The translations under genes and the position numbers were made by a program. This document shows, in pieces, positions 8,977 through 17,305 of a stretch of DNA of 64,000 nucleotides (its first letter is position 1; every line of letters starts with the position of its first letter). The DNA is from Elusimicrobiota bacterium (GTDB lineage: Bacteria; Elusimicrobiota; Elusimicrobia; UBA1565). The notes beneath the pieces are model-generated. The model searched no databases. It was not told the DNA's origin and worked only from the letters and a program-made list of their open reading frames with translations. The stretch is taken from assembly GCA_016218495.1 (NCBI GenBank), contig JACRDU010000097.1, positions 841-64,840 on the forward strand, given 5' to 3'.

Positions 8977-9999
8977 CTAGCGCACGCGCTCGACGGCCGC
9001 GGCGACCATCTTCTTGACGTTCTCCGGCAGGGGCGCGTAGCCCAGGTCCGCAGCGGCCTTCTGGCCGTCGGCAAGCATCCACTTGAGGAAGTCCTTGATG
9101 ACGGCGCCCTTCCCCGCGGGATTCTTCTCGTTGACCAGCAGCCAGGTGAAGGTGCTGATGGGGTAGGACTCCGCGCCGGGTGCGTCCACGATGGAGACCC
9201 GGAAATCCTCCGGCACCTTGGCCCCGGCCGCGGCGGCGGTGACGCCCTCCACCGAGGGGACCACGAACTTGCCGGCCTTGTTCTTCATCGCGGCGACGGC
9301 CAGGTTGTTCTGCTTGGCGTAGATGAGCTCCACGTAGCCGATGGAGCTCGGGGTCTGGACCAGCAGGCCCGCCACGCCTTCGTTGCCCTTGCCGCCCAGG
9401 CCCACCGGCCAGTCCACCGAGGTGGCTACGCCGACCTTCTTCTTCCACTCGGGGCTGACCGCCGACAGGTAGTCCACGAAGCAGTAGGTGGTGCCCGACC
9501 CGTCGGAGCGGTGGATGACGGTGACGGGAGAGCCCGGCAGGGCCGTACCCGGGTTGAGCTCCTTGAGCCTCTCGTCGTCCCAGGCGTGGATCTTGCCGAG
9601 GAAGATGTCGGTCAGGGCCGCGCCGTCGAGGTTGAGCGCCCGGATGTCCTTGCCGTCGGTGCCCTTCACGTTGACGGCCACGGCCACCGCGCCGAGCACG
9701 GTGGGGACATGGATGGACTTGCCGTCCACCTCGTAGAGCTGCTTGGCCGTCATCGGGCCGTCGGAGGCGCCGAAATCCACGGTCTTCTTGGTGAACTGGC
9801 GGATGCCGCCGCCCGAGCCGATGGACTGGTAGTTGATGCGCACGCCGGGGTACGCCTTCCCGTACATGTCGAACCACTTCGAGTAGATGGGATACGGGAA
9901 GGTGGCACCCGCCCCGTTGAGGGTGGTCTGGGCCGAGGCCCCGGCCGACCCCAGGGCCGCCGCGGCGGCCAGGACGAAGGTCTTGAGGTTCTTGGTCAT
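8977..9999 (-). CDS. pstS: Periplasmic phosphate-binding protein PstS
   Basis: ORF 8977..10023. An AAGGAG Shine-Dalgarno (10013-10008) lies 8 nt before ATG 9999 (MTKNLKTFVLAAAAALGSAGASAQ, signal peptide). The motif GAGATFPYPIYSKW is typical of PstS. Confidence 0.93.
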   Translation of the reverse strand: MTKNLKTFVLAAAAALGSAGASAQTTLNGAGATFPYPIYSKWFDMYGKAYPGVRINYQSIGSGGGIRQFTKKTVDFGASDGPMTAKQLYEVDGKSIHVPTVLGAVAVAVNVKGTDGKDIRALNLDGAALTDIFLGKIHAWDDERLKELNPGTALPGSPVTVIHRSDGSGTTYCFVDYLSAVSPEWKKKVGVATSVDWPVGLGGKGNEGVAGLLVQTPSSIGYVELIYAKQNNLAVAAMKNKAGKFVVPSVEGVTAAAAGAKVPEDFRVSIVDAPGAESYPISTFTWLLVNEKNPAGKGAVIKDFLKWMLADGQKAAADLGYAPLPENVKKMVAAAVERVR

Positions 10000-10027
10000 T
10001 CTCATCGCTCCTTTAGAATCCAAAGTC

Positions 10028-11218
10028 TCAGAACTTCACCGAATAGTCGAGCTGCAGGCGGTTGATGTCGTCGCGGCCGCCCGCCAGGGCCGGGGAGATG
10101 ACCCCGGTGTAGAAGAACTTGGCCTTGAGCTGGGTCCAGTCGTTGGGGTTGTAGGCGGCCCAAACGATGTGCCCCCGGCGGTTGGTCCCGCCGTTGCCGA
10201 AGTCCGAGTCGGCGACGTCGGCTACCGTCGCGTCCATCTCCGACCATTTGTAGAAGTAGCCGGTCTCCCAGCTCTTGGCTTCGGAGGCCTCGTTGAGGAT
10301 GAAGCCGGTCTGATAGGCCGTCTGGTTCCGGCCCTGCTTCCCGACCCCGGCGGCCTCGCGGACCAGGGCCGCGGTGTTGCGCACCAAGGTCCCCTGCAGG
10401 CGGACCGGCAGGTCAGCCGCCCGGAAGGCGAACTGTCCGGTCAGCTCCCCGACCTTGTAGTCGTTGAGCAGCTGGTTCGAGCCCGCCGCCCTCCGGTTGC
10501 CGTCCTGCGCCGCGTTCTGGCCGAAGTCGTTGATGCGCGAGTTCGTCCACTCGTAATAGGCCGCGCCGAAGCGCAGGCGGGTGTCGAGCGGGAGCCTGTA
10601 CTCCGCGCCGAGCTGGGCCCCGAGCATCCACTGGTCGGCCTTGGAGGTGGAGTCCTCGTCGACGACCATCTGCAGGGCGTTGGCGAAGTAGATGCCGCCC
10701 AAGGAGGGCAGGTACCACTCGACGCTCTCGGCGAAGCCTTCCGGGTTGAAGTCGTCGTCCCAGACCACGTCGGCGGAGTAGGTCCTCCAGAACGGGTTGG
10801 ACATCCGGCCGCCGGTCAGGGCGACCTTGCCGTCCTCGGAGACCTTCGGCGCCCACTTCAGGTAGACCTTGTCAATCCAGATGGCCTTCTGGCCGGAGAG
10901 GTTGTCGAAGGTCTGGTTGGTGGAGACCTGCTCGCCGGTGCCAGAAGCCATCTCCAGGCCGGCGGTCATGTCGTTGAGCAGCGAGGCCGTCAGCCCATAG
11001 CGCAGGCGGAAGCGCACGCGGTCGCGGGCGACCTTGCCCGCCGTGCGGCGGATGAAGTTCTCCTCACGGATGCGCATGTCGCCCTGGAGCTTGACGTCCT
11101 TGACGACGTCGGCTTTCTGCCCGTCGACGACCGTGCTGCGGAAGCTGATGGTGGTGGCGCCAGCCTGCGACGACGCGGCCGCCAGGACGGCGGCCAGGAT
11201 GCTGCCGAACTTTCTCAT
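10028..11218 (-). CDS. Outer-membrane beta-barrel porin heading the pst operon (phosphate-selective by context only)
   Basis: Tail of ORF 10028..11281. A GAGGAG Shine-Dalgarno precedes ATG 11218 (MRKFGSILAAVLAAASSQAGA, signal peptide). The protein has alternating beta-strand composition and a C-terminal …LQLDYSVKF. Confidence 0.8.
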   Translation of the reverse strand: MRKFGSILAAVLAAASSQAGATTISFRSTVVDGQKADVVKDVKLQGDMRIREENFIRRTAGKVARDRVRFRLRYGLTASLLNDMTAGLEMASGTGEQVSTNQTFDNLSGQKAIWIDKVYLKWAPKVSEDGKVALTGGRMSNPFWRTYSADVVWDDDFNPEGFAESVEWYLPSLGGIYFANALQMVVDEDSTSKADQWMLGAQLGAEYRLPLDTRLRFGAAYYEWTNSRINDFGQNAAQDGNRRAAGSNQLLNDYKVGELTGQFAFRAADLPVRLQGTLVRNTAALVREAAGVGKQGRNQTAYQTGFILNEASEAKSWETGYFYKWSEMDATVADVADSDFGNGGTNRRGHIVWAAYNPNDWTQLKAKFFYTGVISPALAGGRDDINRLQLDYSVKF

Positions 11219-11309
11219 TCTCTCTCCTCGGCGTGATGCGGGGTTCATGGAACGGATATATTTCATTAAATCGCCCGACATGACCCCATACCTGCGGGGT
11301 AAACGGCCG

Positions 11310-11327
11310 GTGACGGCGGGATGACGA
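11310..11327 (-). promoter_or_regulatory. Weak Pho-box-like direct repeat upstream of the porin-pst operon
   Basis: The minus strand reads TCGTCAT-CCCG-CCGTCAC, a 7+4+7 layout with GTCA cores 11 bp apart (E. coli consensus CTGTCAT-AWAW-CTGTCAY). It lies ~95 nt upstream of ATG 11218. The spacer is GC-rich and I found no clear -10. Confidence 0.2.
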
Positions 11328-11342
11328 AATCATTCCCCGGAA

Positions 11343-11379
11343 CCATGAAATCTCTGTTGTTATCACAGAACTTTCATGG
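11343..11379. repeat. 37-nt nested inverted repeat
   Basis: CCATGAAA-tc-TCTGT-tgttatc-ACAGA-ac-TTTCATGG, located 7 nt upstream of ATG 11386. Confidence 0.5.
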
Positions 11380-11385
11380 TAGGCT

Positions 11386-12549
11386 ATGGGCATGCTCAGA
11401 CGCGACGGACACCTCAGCGCAGTCCGCGACCTCCTGCGCCAGTACCCGGTCGTCGGGATCCTTGGGGCCCGGCAGGTCGGCAAGACGACTCTGGCCCTGG
11501 CGGCGGCTCGGGGCCTGAGGCTCGCAGCCCGCTTTGACCTGGAGGACCCGCGCGACCTGGCGCGGCTCGAAGACCCGATGGCGGCTCTGGAGGGACTGCG
11601 CGGCCTGGTCATCATCGATGAAATCCAACGCAGGCCGGAGCTGTTCCCCGCCCTGCGAGTCCTCTCCGACCGCCCCAAGAGGCCGGCCAGCTTCCTGATC
11701 CTAGGCAGCGCTTCGCCGTCCCTCTTGCGCCAGAGCTCCGAGTCATTGGCAGGGCGGGTCGGCTACCACAGGCTGGGCGGCTTCGACCTCCAGGAGGTCG
11801 GCCCGGGCCGCCTAGAGACGCTTTGGCTGCGCGGGGGTTTTCCCCGCTCGTTCCTAGCCCCGGATGAGTCTTCCAGCCTGCGCTGGCGGCGGAATTTCCT
11901 AACGGACTTCCTCGAGCGTGAGCTGCCGCAGCTGGGAATCCGAGTCCCGGCGGCATCGCTCCGGCGATTCTGGACGATGCTGGCCCATTACCACGGCCAG
12001 GTCTGGAACTCCTCGGAATTCGCCCGCTCCTTCGGGGTCGCCGACACGACGGTGCGCCACTATCTGGACATAATGACCGACACCTTCATGCTGAGCCGGC
12101 TCCTGCCATGGCACGAGAACCTGCGCAAAAGGCAGGTCAAGGCTCCGAAGTTCTACTTGGCCGACCCTGGGCTCCTCCACGTCCTCCTAGACATCCGAGA
12201 TGGGAAAGACCTGGCTTCGCATCCGAAGTCCGGCGCTTCCTGGGAGGGCTTCGCGCTGACCCAGGTGATGCATCGCCTCGGGGCCGCCCCGGAGGAAGGG
12301 TACTTCTGGGCCACCCACACGGGGGCCGAACTCGACCTTCTGGTCGTCCGCGGCCGCAGGCGAAGGGGCTTTGAGTTCAAGAAGAACAGTGCTCCGAGCC
12401 TCACGCCTTCCATGAGGATCGCCCTGTCGGACTTGTCTCTCGAGTCTCTGGACGTCATCTATCCTGGCGAGGAGTGTTTCCCCCTGGCCCCCAAGATCCG
12501 AGCCGTCGGGCTGGGCCGGCTGCGCCAGCACCTCGAACCGTTGGAATAG
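11386..12549 (+). CDS. AAA-family ATPase with DUF4143-type C-terminal domain
   Basis: 387-aa ORF (ATG 11392 is an alternative start). It has the P-loop GARQVGKTTLA, then …IIDEIQRRPELF… and …YFWATHTGAELDLLV…, matching the widespread ATPase/DUF4143 family. Confidence 0.8.
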   Translation: MGMLRRDGHLSAVRDLLRQYPVVGILGARQVGKTTLALAAARGLRLAARFDLEDPRDLARLEDPMAALEGLRGLVIIDEIQRRPELFPALRVLSDRPKRPASFLILGSASPSLLRQSSESLAGRVGYHRLGGFDLQEVGPGRLETLWLRGGFPRSFLAPDESSSLRWRRNFLTDFLERELPQLGIRVPAASLRRFWTMLAHYHGQVWNSSEFARSFGVADTTVRHYLDIMTDTFMLSRLLPWHENLRKRQVKAPKFYLADPGLLHVLLDIRDGKDLASHPKSGASWEGFALTQVMHRLGAAPEEGYFWATHTGAELDLLVVRGRRRRGFEFKKNSAPSLTPSMRIALSDLSLESLDVIYPGEECFPLAPKIRAVGLGRLRQHLEPLE

Positions 12550-12583
12550 CCGAAAGAATCGGGGAGACGGCGCGCCGCCCCGC

Positions 12584-13270
12584 CTACTCCTTCTGGAGCT
12601 TGTAGCCGGAGTTGATGACGGTGGCGATGCGGGCCCCTTCCGCGCCGAGCTTCCGGCGCAGGCGGGCGATGTGCTGGTCGACGGTACGGGTGTCTATTTC
12701 CATGGACTGGTCGTAGCCCCAAACCAGCTCGAGGATGCGGTCCCGCGTCAGCACCCGGCCGTCGGCCTCCAGCAGGAGCTTGAGGAAGGAGAACTCGCGC
12801 GCGGTCACGCGCACGGGCTTGCCGGCGACGCGGACCTCGTGACGCTCGAAGTCGACCTCGAGCGCGCCGACGCGCCGGAGCTGCCCGGGGGCCGGCGCGG
12901 CCCCGCCCGCCGAACGCCGCAGCAGGGCCTCGACGCGGGCCGCCAGCTCGGCGACCGAGAAGGGTTTGGTGACATAGTCGTCGGCTCCCATCTTGAAGCC
13001 CAGCACCCGGTCGAGCTCCGATTTGCGGGCCGTCAGGAAGAGGATCGGGACCTGGGACTCCTGACGCAGGCTCTTGCATACCTGGATGCCGTCCAGCTTG
13101 GGCAGCATGATGTCCAGGATGACCAGGTCGGGCCTCTCCTTACGGGCCGCGGCCAGGGCGGACAGCCCGTCCTCGGCCACCACGACCCTGTGGCCGTCCT
13201 TCTCGAGGTTGTATTTGACGATGCGGCTCAGGCTCCTCTCGTCCTCGACGATGAGTATCTTCGATGCCAT
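12584..13270 (-). CDS. OmpR/PhoB-family response regulator
   Basis: 228-aa ORF reading MASKILIVEDERSL…DLVILDIMLPKLDG…GADDYVTKPF…, with a winged-helix C-terminus (…TRDRILELVWGYD…VDQHIARLRRKL). There is no adjacent histidine kinase. Confidence 0.92.
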   Translation of the reverse strand: MASKILIVEDERSLSRIVKYNLEKDGHRVVVAEDGLSALAAARKERPDLVILDIMLPKLDGIQVCKSLRQESQVPILFLTARKSELDRVLGFKMGADDYVTKPFSVAELAARVEALLRRSAGGAAPAPGQLRRVGALEVDFERHEVRVAGKPVRVTAREFSFLKLLLEADGRVLTRDRILELVWGYDQSMEIDTRTVDQHIARLRRKLGAEGARIATVINSGYKLQKE

Positions 13271-13352
13271 GTCTAGATTCTATTCACCCGCGCCCGGCAA
13301 TGGCAGAGCGGCGGCACGACGGCCGGTTGACGGCCGCGTGACGCCGTTTCCG

Positions 13353-13381
13353 TGCTACAATGGGTGCCACACTTTAGGAGG
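13353..13381 (+). promoter_or_regulatory. Extended -10 promoter candidate plus Shine-Dalgarno for the repeat-protein gene
   Basis: TGC-TACAAT (13353-13361) followed by AGGAGG (13376-13381), 4 nt before ATG 13386. Confidence 0.35.
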
Positions 13382-13385
13382 CCTT

Positions 13386-14063
13386 ATGACCCACCTCGCC
13401 CTCATCCTTATTACCTCCCTTAACGCGCACGCCGCCCCCGGCAACGACCGAGGGTTGCCCCGAGGAAGTGCCGCCTCCGAGGTCTTGGTGGCGGCCGAGG
13501 CCGTCGCGGTCCGCGCCGCCGACTCCTTCGCTCCCATGACCGGCCCGGCCCTGGCCGCGGCGGGACTCAAGGCCATCGCCCGCCGGCCCGCGCAGGGCAC
13601 CGTCAACGGCGGCACCGGCGGCGCCCCGGTGGAGCTGACCTTCGACCGCCGCGCCTGGACCATCAAGGGCGGCGTCAACGGCATGCCGGTCGAGCTCTTC
13701 ATCGACCACGAGAACCGCACCATCAAGGGCGGCGCGAACGGCAGCCCCGTCGACCTGGTCTTCGACTGGAGCCCCGAGAAGATCGTCATGCGGGGCGGGG
13801 CCAACCGCAGCCCGGTGGAGCTGGTGCTGGATTGGAACGGCCGCTCGTTGGTCGGCTACGCGAACAACTCCCCCGTGCGGGTCGACTTCGACCTCGACGG
13901 CGGGACCCTGAAGGGCTACGCCAACCACGCGCCCATCGACCTGGCCTACGACAAGGTCTCGGGACGCCTGAGCGGCGGGCTCAACCACCGCCCGGTCGAC
14001 ATGACGCTGACCAACCTCGACCTGTCGGATTTCCTCCAGTACTTCTTCCTGTTCCTAAAATAG
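13386..14063 (+). CDS. Secreted protein built from seven tandem 20-22-aa repeats (unknown family)
   Basis: Internal ATG of ORF 13074..14063, preceded by a strong Shine-Dalgarno. The N-terminus MTHLALILITSLNAHAAP is signal-like. The repeats are TIKGGVNGMPVELFIDHENR, TIKGGANGSPVDLVFDWSPEKI, VMRGGANRSPVELVLDWNGR, SLVGYANNSPVRVDFDLDGG, TLKGYANHAPIDLAYDKVSG and so on. Confidence 0.75.
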   Translation: MTHLALILITSLNAHAAPGNDRGLPRGSAASEVLVAAEAVAVRAADSFAPMTGPALAAAGLKAIARRPAQGTVNGGTGGAPVELTFDRRAWTIKGGVNGMPVELFIDHENRTIKGGANGSPVDLVFDWSPEKIVMRGGANRSPVELVLDWNGRSLVGYANNSPVRVDFDLDGGTLKGYANHAPIDLAYDKVSGRLSGGLNHRPVDMTLTNLDLSDFLQYFFLFLK

Positions 14064-14704
14064 AACCCCTCGCGTTCGTCCATCAGGGTGCGGACCTGGT
14101 CGCCGTCGCCAAGGCGGCCGGGGTGCCGGTCATCCCCGCGCGCGGCGCCGAGGCCGGCCGGCCGCTGAGCGAGCTCGTCGCCGAGGCCCTCGGACGGCGC
14201 GTCTGGGTCGTGCACCGCATCGACGCAGCCACCAGCGGCCTCGTGGTCTTCGCCCTGTCGGCGCCGGAGCACAAGCGCCTATCCCGGGCCTTCGAGGGAC
14301 GCGCGGTGAAGAAGACCTACCTCGCCGCCGTCAAAGGAAGCGCGCGGACGGGCTCATGCGATTCCCCGCTGCGCGAGTTCGGCTCGGGGCGCGTCGCCCC
14401 GGCTCCGGACGGCCGTCCGTCCCGGACCTCCTGGCGGCCGCTGCGCCCCTGCGACGGCGGGACCCTGCTCGAAGTGACGATCGAGACCGGCCGCCGCCAT
14501 CAGATCCGCGCCCATCTCACCGCCGCGGGCTTCCCCATATTGGGAGACCCTCTCTACGGGCCGGCTCCCCGCCCGGTCGGGGGCGCGCCCCGCCTCATGC
14601 TCCACGCGTGGAAGCTGGAGCTGCCGGACGGCCAGGGCGGCACGCTCTCCCTCGAGGCCCCGATGCTCCAGGACTTCCGGTCGGTCCTCGGCACCGCGGC
14701 ATGA
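14060..14704 (+). CDS. RluA-family pseudouridine synthase (start codon unresolved)
   Basis: C-terminal ~214 codons of ORF 13832..14704. Motifs: FVHQGADLVAVAKAAGVPV, the catalytic HRIDAATSGLVVFA, and HQIRAHL…GFPILGDPLYG. There is no ATG, GTG or TTG between 13832 and the conserved N-terminal strand, so the 5' end shown (ATA 14060) is nominal. Confidence 0.7.
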   Translation: MEPLAFVHQGADLVAVAKAAGVPVIPARGAEAGRPLSELVAEALGRRVWVVHRIDAATSGLVVFALSAPEHKRLSRAFEGRAVKKTYLAAVKGSARTGSCDSPLREFGSGRVAPAPDGRPSRTSWRPLRPCDGGTLLEVTIETGRRHQIRAHLTAAGFPILGDPLYGPAPRPVGGAPRLMLHAWKLELPDGQGGTLSLEAPMLQDFRSVLGTAA

Positions 14705-15537
14705 ATGCTACACTCCCCGGCGTGACGGCCGACCCGTCCCCCGCGCCGCGCCGCAAGAAGGGGATTGACCCGTTCCTCATCCCGCACCGCGGGCCGCTCT
14801 TCCATCTCTTCTGGCCCACCACCCGCTACGTCGTCACCAGCCTGTCGGTGATGGTCTCGGTCTTCTTCTTCGAGGTCCTCAACAGAACCGTCGTCATCGG
14901 CCGGCACAACGTGGGCGAGGACCACAACACCCTGCTGCTGCCCAACCACCAGTCGATGATCGACGGCTTCCTGGTCGGCTACGCGGTGTGGTTCCCGAAG
15001 TGCATGGTCAAGCCCGAGCTCTTCCCCTGGCTGCCGGCCGCCTACGAGAACTTCTTCGCCCACCCGGTGATGCGCTGGTTCTCCGACAACTGGAAGTGCA
15101 TCCCGGTCAAGCCCGGCCGCCGGGACTTCGGGGTCATGCTGCGCATGGAGGCCTGCCTGCGCAAGGGCGTCATGATCGTCTTCCCCGAGGGCACGCGCAC
15201 CCGGGACGGGCGCCTGCTGCCCCCCCGCTCCGGCATCGGCTATGTGATGCTGAGGACCGGGGCCAAGGCCATCCCCGTCTGCATGGACGGGATGGACACG
15301 GTGCTGCCGGTGGGGCGCGCGCTGCCGCGTCTGTTCCGGACCATCCTGATCTACTACGGGAAGCCGGTGGACCTCTCGGAGTTCGCCGGGGTGGCGAACA
15401 CGGACGCGGCCCAGCCCGCCATCGACAAGGTCTTCGCGGAAGTGCGCCGGCTCAAAGCCGTGCTGGAGCGCTACCGGCGCTACCGGCGCTACCTGCTGGC
15501 CGCGCGGCCGTTCTGGGCCCGCTTCTACGCGCCGTAG
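14701..15537 (+). CDS. plsC: 1-acyl-sn-glycerol-3-phosphate acyltransferase family (PlsC-like)
   Basis: Internal ATG 14701 (ATGA overlap with the rluA-like stop). It has the HX4D motif NHQSMID and the FPEGTRTRDG block. Confidence 0.85.
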   Translation: MNATLPGVTADPSPAPRRKKGIDPFLIPHRGPLFHLFWPTTRYVVTSLSVMVSVFFFEVLNRTVVIGRHNVGEDHNTLLLPNHQSMIDGFLVGYAVWFPKCMVKPELFPWLPAAYENFFAHPVMRWFSDNWKCIPVKPGRRDFGVMLRMEACLRKGVMIVFPEGTRTRDGRLLPPRSGIGYVMLRTGAKAIPVCMDGMDTVLPVGRALPRLFRTILIYYGKPVDLSEFAGVANTDAAQPAIDKVFAEVRRLKAVLERYRRYRRYLLAARPFWARFYAP

Positions 15538-15538
15538 T

Positions 15539-16219
15539 CTAGTCCTTCTCCTTGTCCTTCTTCTCTCCGAGCAGCGACTTTTGGTCCTTCCACGCCTCCA
15601 TCGAGACGTCCACGAGCTCCATGCGCTTCTTCTCCTGCTCGACGGAGTAGGACCTCACGTCTTCGAGCATCCGCCCGAAGAACTCGTCCATCTTCTGCTT
15701 CTGTGAGGCCTCGAAGGACTTGAGCATGGTCGTCTGCATGCGCTCGAAGTCGCCGACGGCCTGGCTGTGGTAGCTGGGCCCCACCGAGGAAAGGGTCTCG
15801 AACAGGTTAAGGCGCTGGCGGGCGATCGAGGTCTCGAAGCGCTTGCGGTCGTCGAAGATCTCCACGAAGAACTTGTCCCAGCGCTCCGACATCTTCGAGC
15901 CGAAGCTCTTCTGGTCGTGGTAGTTCTTCTGGGCGATGACGAGGCGGTCGCGGAGGTACTCCTCCACCATGCCCTTCCCGTCGGTCGGCTTCTTGGACTT
16001 CTTCTTGACCGGAGCCTCCTCCGCGTCCTCTTGGGCCGCCTCCTCGTCCTTAGGCGCCGCCTTCTTCCCGCGCTTCTTGGGCGGCGCCTCCTCGTCGGCT
16101 GAATCCTCGGAGGAATCCTTGGCGGCCCGGGCGGATCCGCGAAGGTAGCCCTGCGCGGAGCCATCCGCCCAAGCGAGAACGGTGAACAGCCCGGCAAGCG
16201 CGAGTGCGATGGGTCTCAT
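15539..16219 (-). CDS. Secreted hypothetical protein with K/E/D-rich linker
   Basis: 226-aa ORF with signal peptide MRPIALALAGLFTVLAWA, then a charged low-complexity stretch and a helical C-terminal half. I recognise no family. Confidence 0.65.
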   Translation of the reverse strand: MRPIALALAGLFTVLAWADGSAQGYLRGSARAAKDSSEDSADEEAPPKKRGKKAAPKDEEAAQEDAEEAPVKKKSKKPTDGKGMVEEYLRDRLVIAQKNYHDQKSFGSKMSERWDKFFVEIFDDRKRFETSIARQRLNLFETLSSVGPSYHSQAVGDFERMQTTMLKSFEASQKQKMDEFFGRMLEDVRSYSVEQEKKRMELVDVSMEAWKDQKSLLGEKKDKEKD

Positions 16220-16288
16220 GATGAGCTCCTTGGTGCGTCTCCGCTCCCTTTATAACGGGGAAAGGGGATATGCGCAAGGTCGGAAATG

Positions 16289-17290
16289 TTACGCGAAGCG
16301 CTTCAGGGCGGTGTCCTCGGGGAAGCGCTCCAGGCCGGCGCGCGCTGCGTCCCGGGCCGCTTCGAGGTCCTCGAGCTCCGCCAGCGCCAGCGTGAGGCTG
16401 CGGTGCAGGCGCGACTCGTCGGGATAGAGCGGGATGGAGGCCCGGCAGTGCGCGATGCACTCGTCGAGGCGCCCTGCCCGCCGCAGGACCCGGCCCAGAT
16501 GGCCGGCCGCCCAGCCCTCCCGACCCGCCTCGGGGGCGGCCCGAGCGCATAGCGCCTCGGCCTCTCCCAGCATCCCGAAGGCGATAAGGGCCTCCACCAA
16601 GGTCTCGTCCACCTCGCTCCGGCGCCCCTTCTCGCAGGGGGCCGAGGCCAGGGCGGCGGCGAAGTTCCGGCACGGCACCCAGGCCGTCGTTCCCGAAAGG
16701 TCCAGCTCGACCAGGCTCCTGAAGTCCTGGAGCGTCAGGCCGGGCGCGGCGGGGAAGAGCGCGCGGCGGCCCGGGGGTCCGAAAGAGGGGTCCGCCTCTC
16801 CGAAGCGGCAGGGGATTCCGTCGGGGAGGCTGACCCGCACCCCCCCGAGCGCATGAAGCACCGGCGCCTCCGAAGGGACCGCCCCGGCGGCCAGCAGGGC
16901 CACCTCCGCGCGTTCCAGCCGCGCCGAGGAGCGCGCGCTGGGGTCCACCTTCACCCCGGCGAAGCGCGGCACCTCGAGGATGGCGCCGAAGAGCTCGGCC
17001 GCCGGGCCGCTGACCGCCTTAAGGGAACGCTCGCCCGGACGCGCCATCTTGGCCGCGAAGGCCTCGGCCGCGGGCTTCGCGCTGAAGACCGGGATCCACA
17101 GCCCGCCCAGCACCGGGTCCTTGTCGGCCCACACCTCGATGTTCTCGGGGGACGCGCCGTCGGCGGCCAGGACCGTGACCGCGGAATCCCTCAACACCTC
17201 ATGGAAGCGGCGGCGCGGCCCCAACGGCCTGCGGCGGGCGGCGTCGCTCAGCGCGGGAAGCTCGGCGGACATCTGACCGGATTGACCCAT
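16289..17290 (-). CDS. Hypothetical protein with TPR-like C-terminus
   Basis: 333-aa ORF with good composition. The C-terminal ~100 aa look TPR-like (…GMLGEAEALCARA…GRLDECIAHCRASIPLYPDE…LEDLEAARDAARAGLERFPED). Confidence 0.6.
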   Translation of the reverse strand: MGQSGQMSAELPALSDAARRRPLGPRRRFHEVLRDSAVTVLAADGASPENIEVWADKDPVLGGLWIPVFSAKPAAEAFAAKMARPGERSLKAVSGPAAELFGAILEVPRFAGVKVDPSARSSARLERAEVALLAAGAVPSEAPVLHALGGVRVSLPDGIPCRFGEADPSFGPPGRRALFPAAPGLTLQDFRSLVELDLSGTTAWVPCRNFAAALASAPCEKGRRSEVDETLVEALIAFGMLGEAEALCARAAPEAGREGWAAGHLGRVLRRAGRLDECIAHCRASIPLYPDESRLHRSLTLALAELEDLEAARDAARAGLERFPEDTALKRFA

Positions 17291-17305
17291 TTTCCGCCCG
17301 GCGCG

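Noticed and set aside
10009-10019. A TTTAGAAT half-site identical to the Fur/PerR box half, next to the pstS Shine-Dalgarno.
   Set aside because: It is a single half-site without the inverted partner. It overlaps the ribosome-binding region and is likely a chance match in the only AT-rich patch there.
12550-12583. GGGGAGACGGCGCGCCGCCCC between the convergent DUF4143 and PhoB-like genes, considered as a bidirectional terminator.
   Set aside because: Only a short imperfect stem around the GGCGCGCC palindrome can form, and there is no U-tract on either strand, so the support is insufficient.
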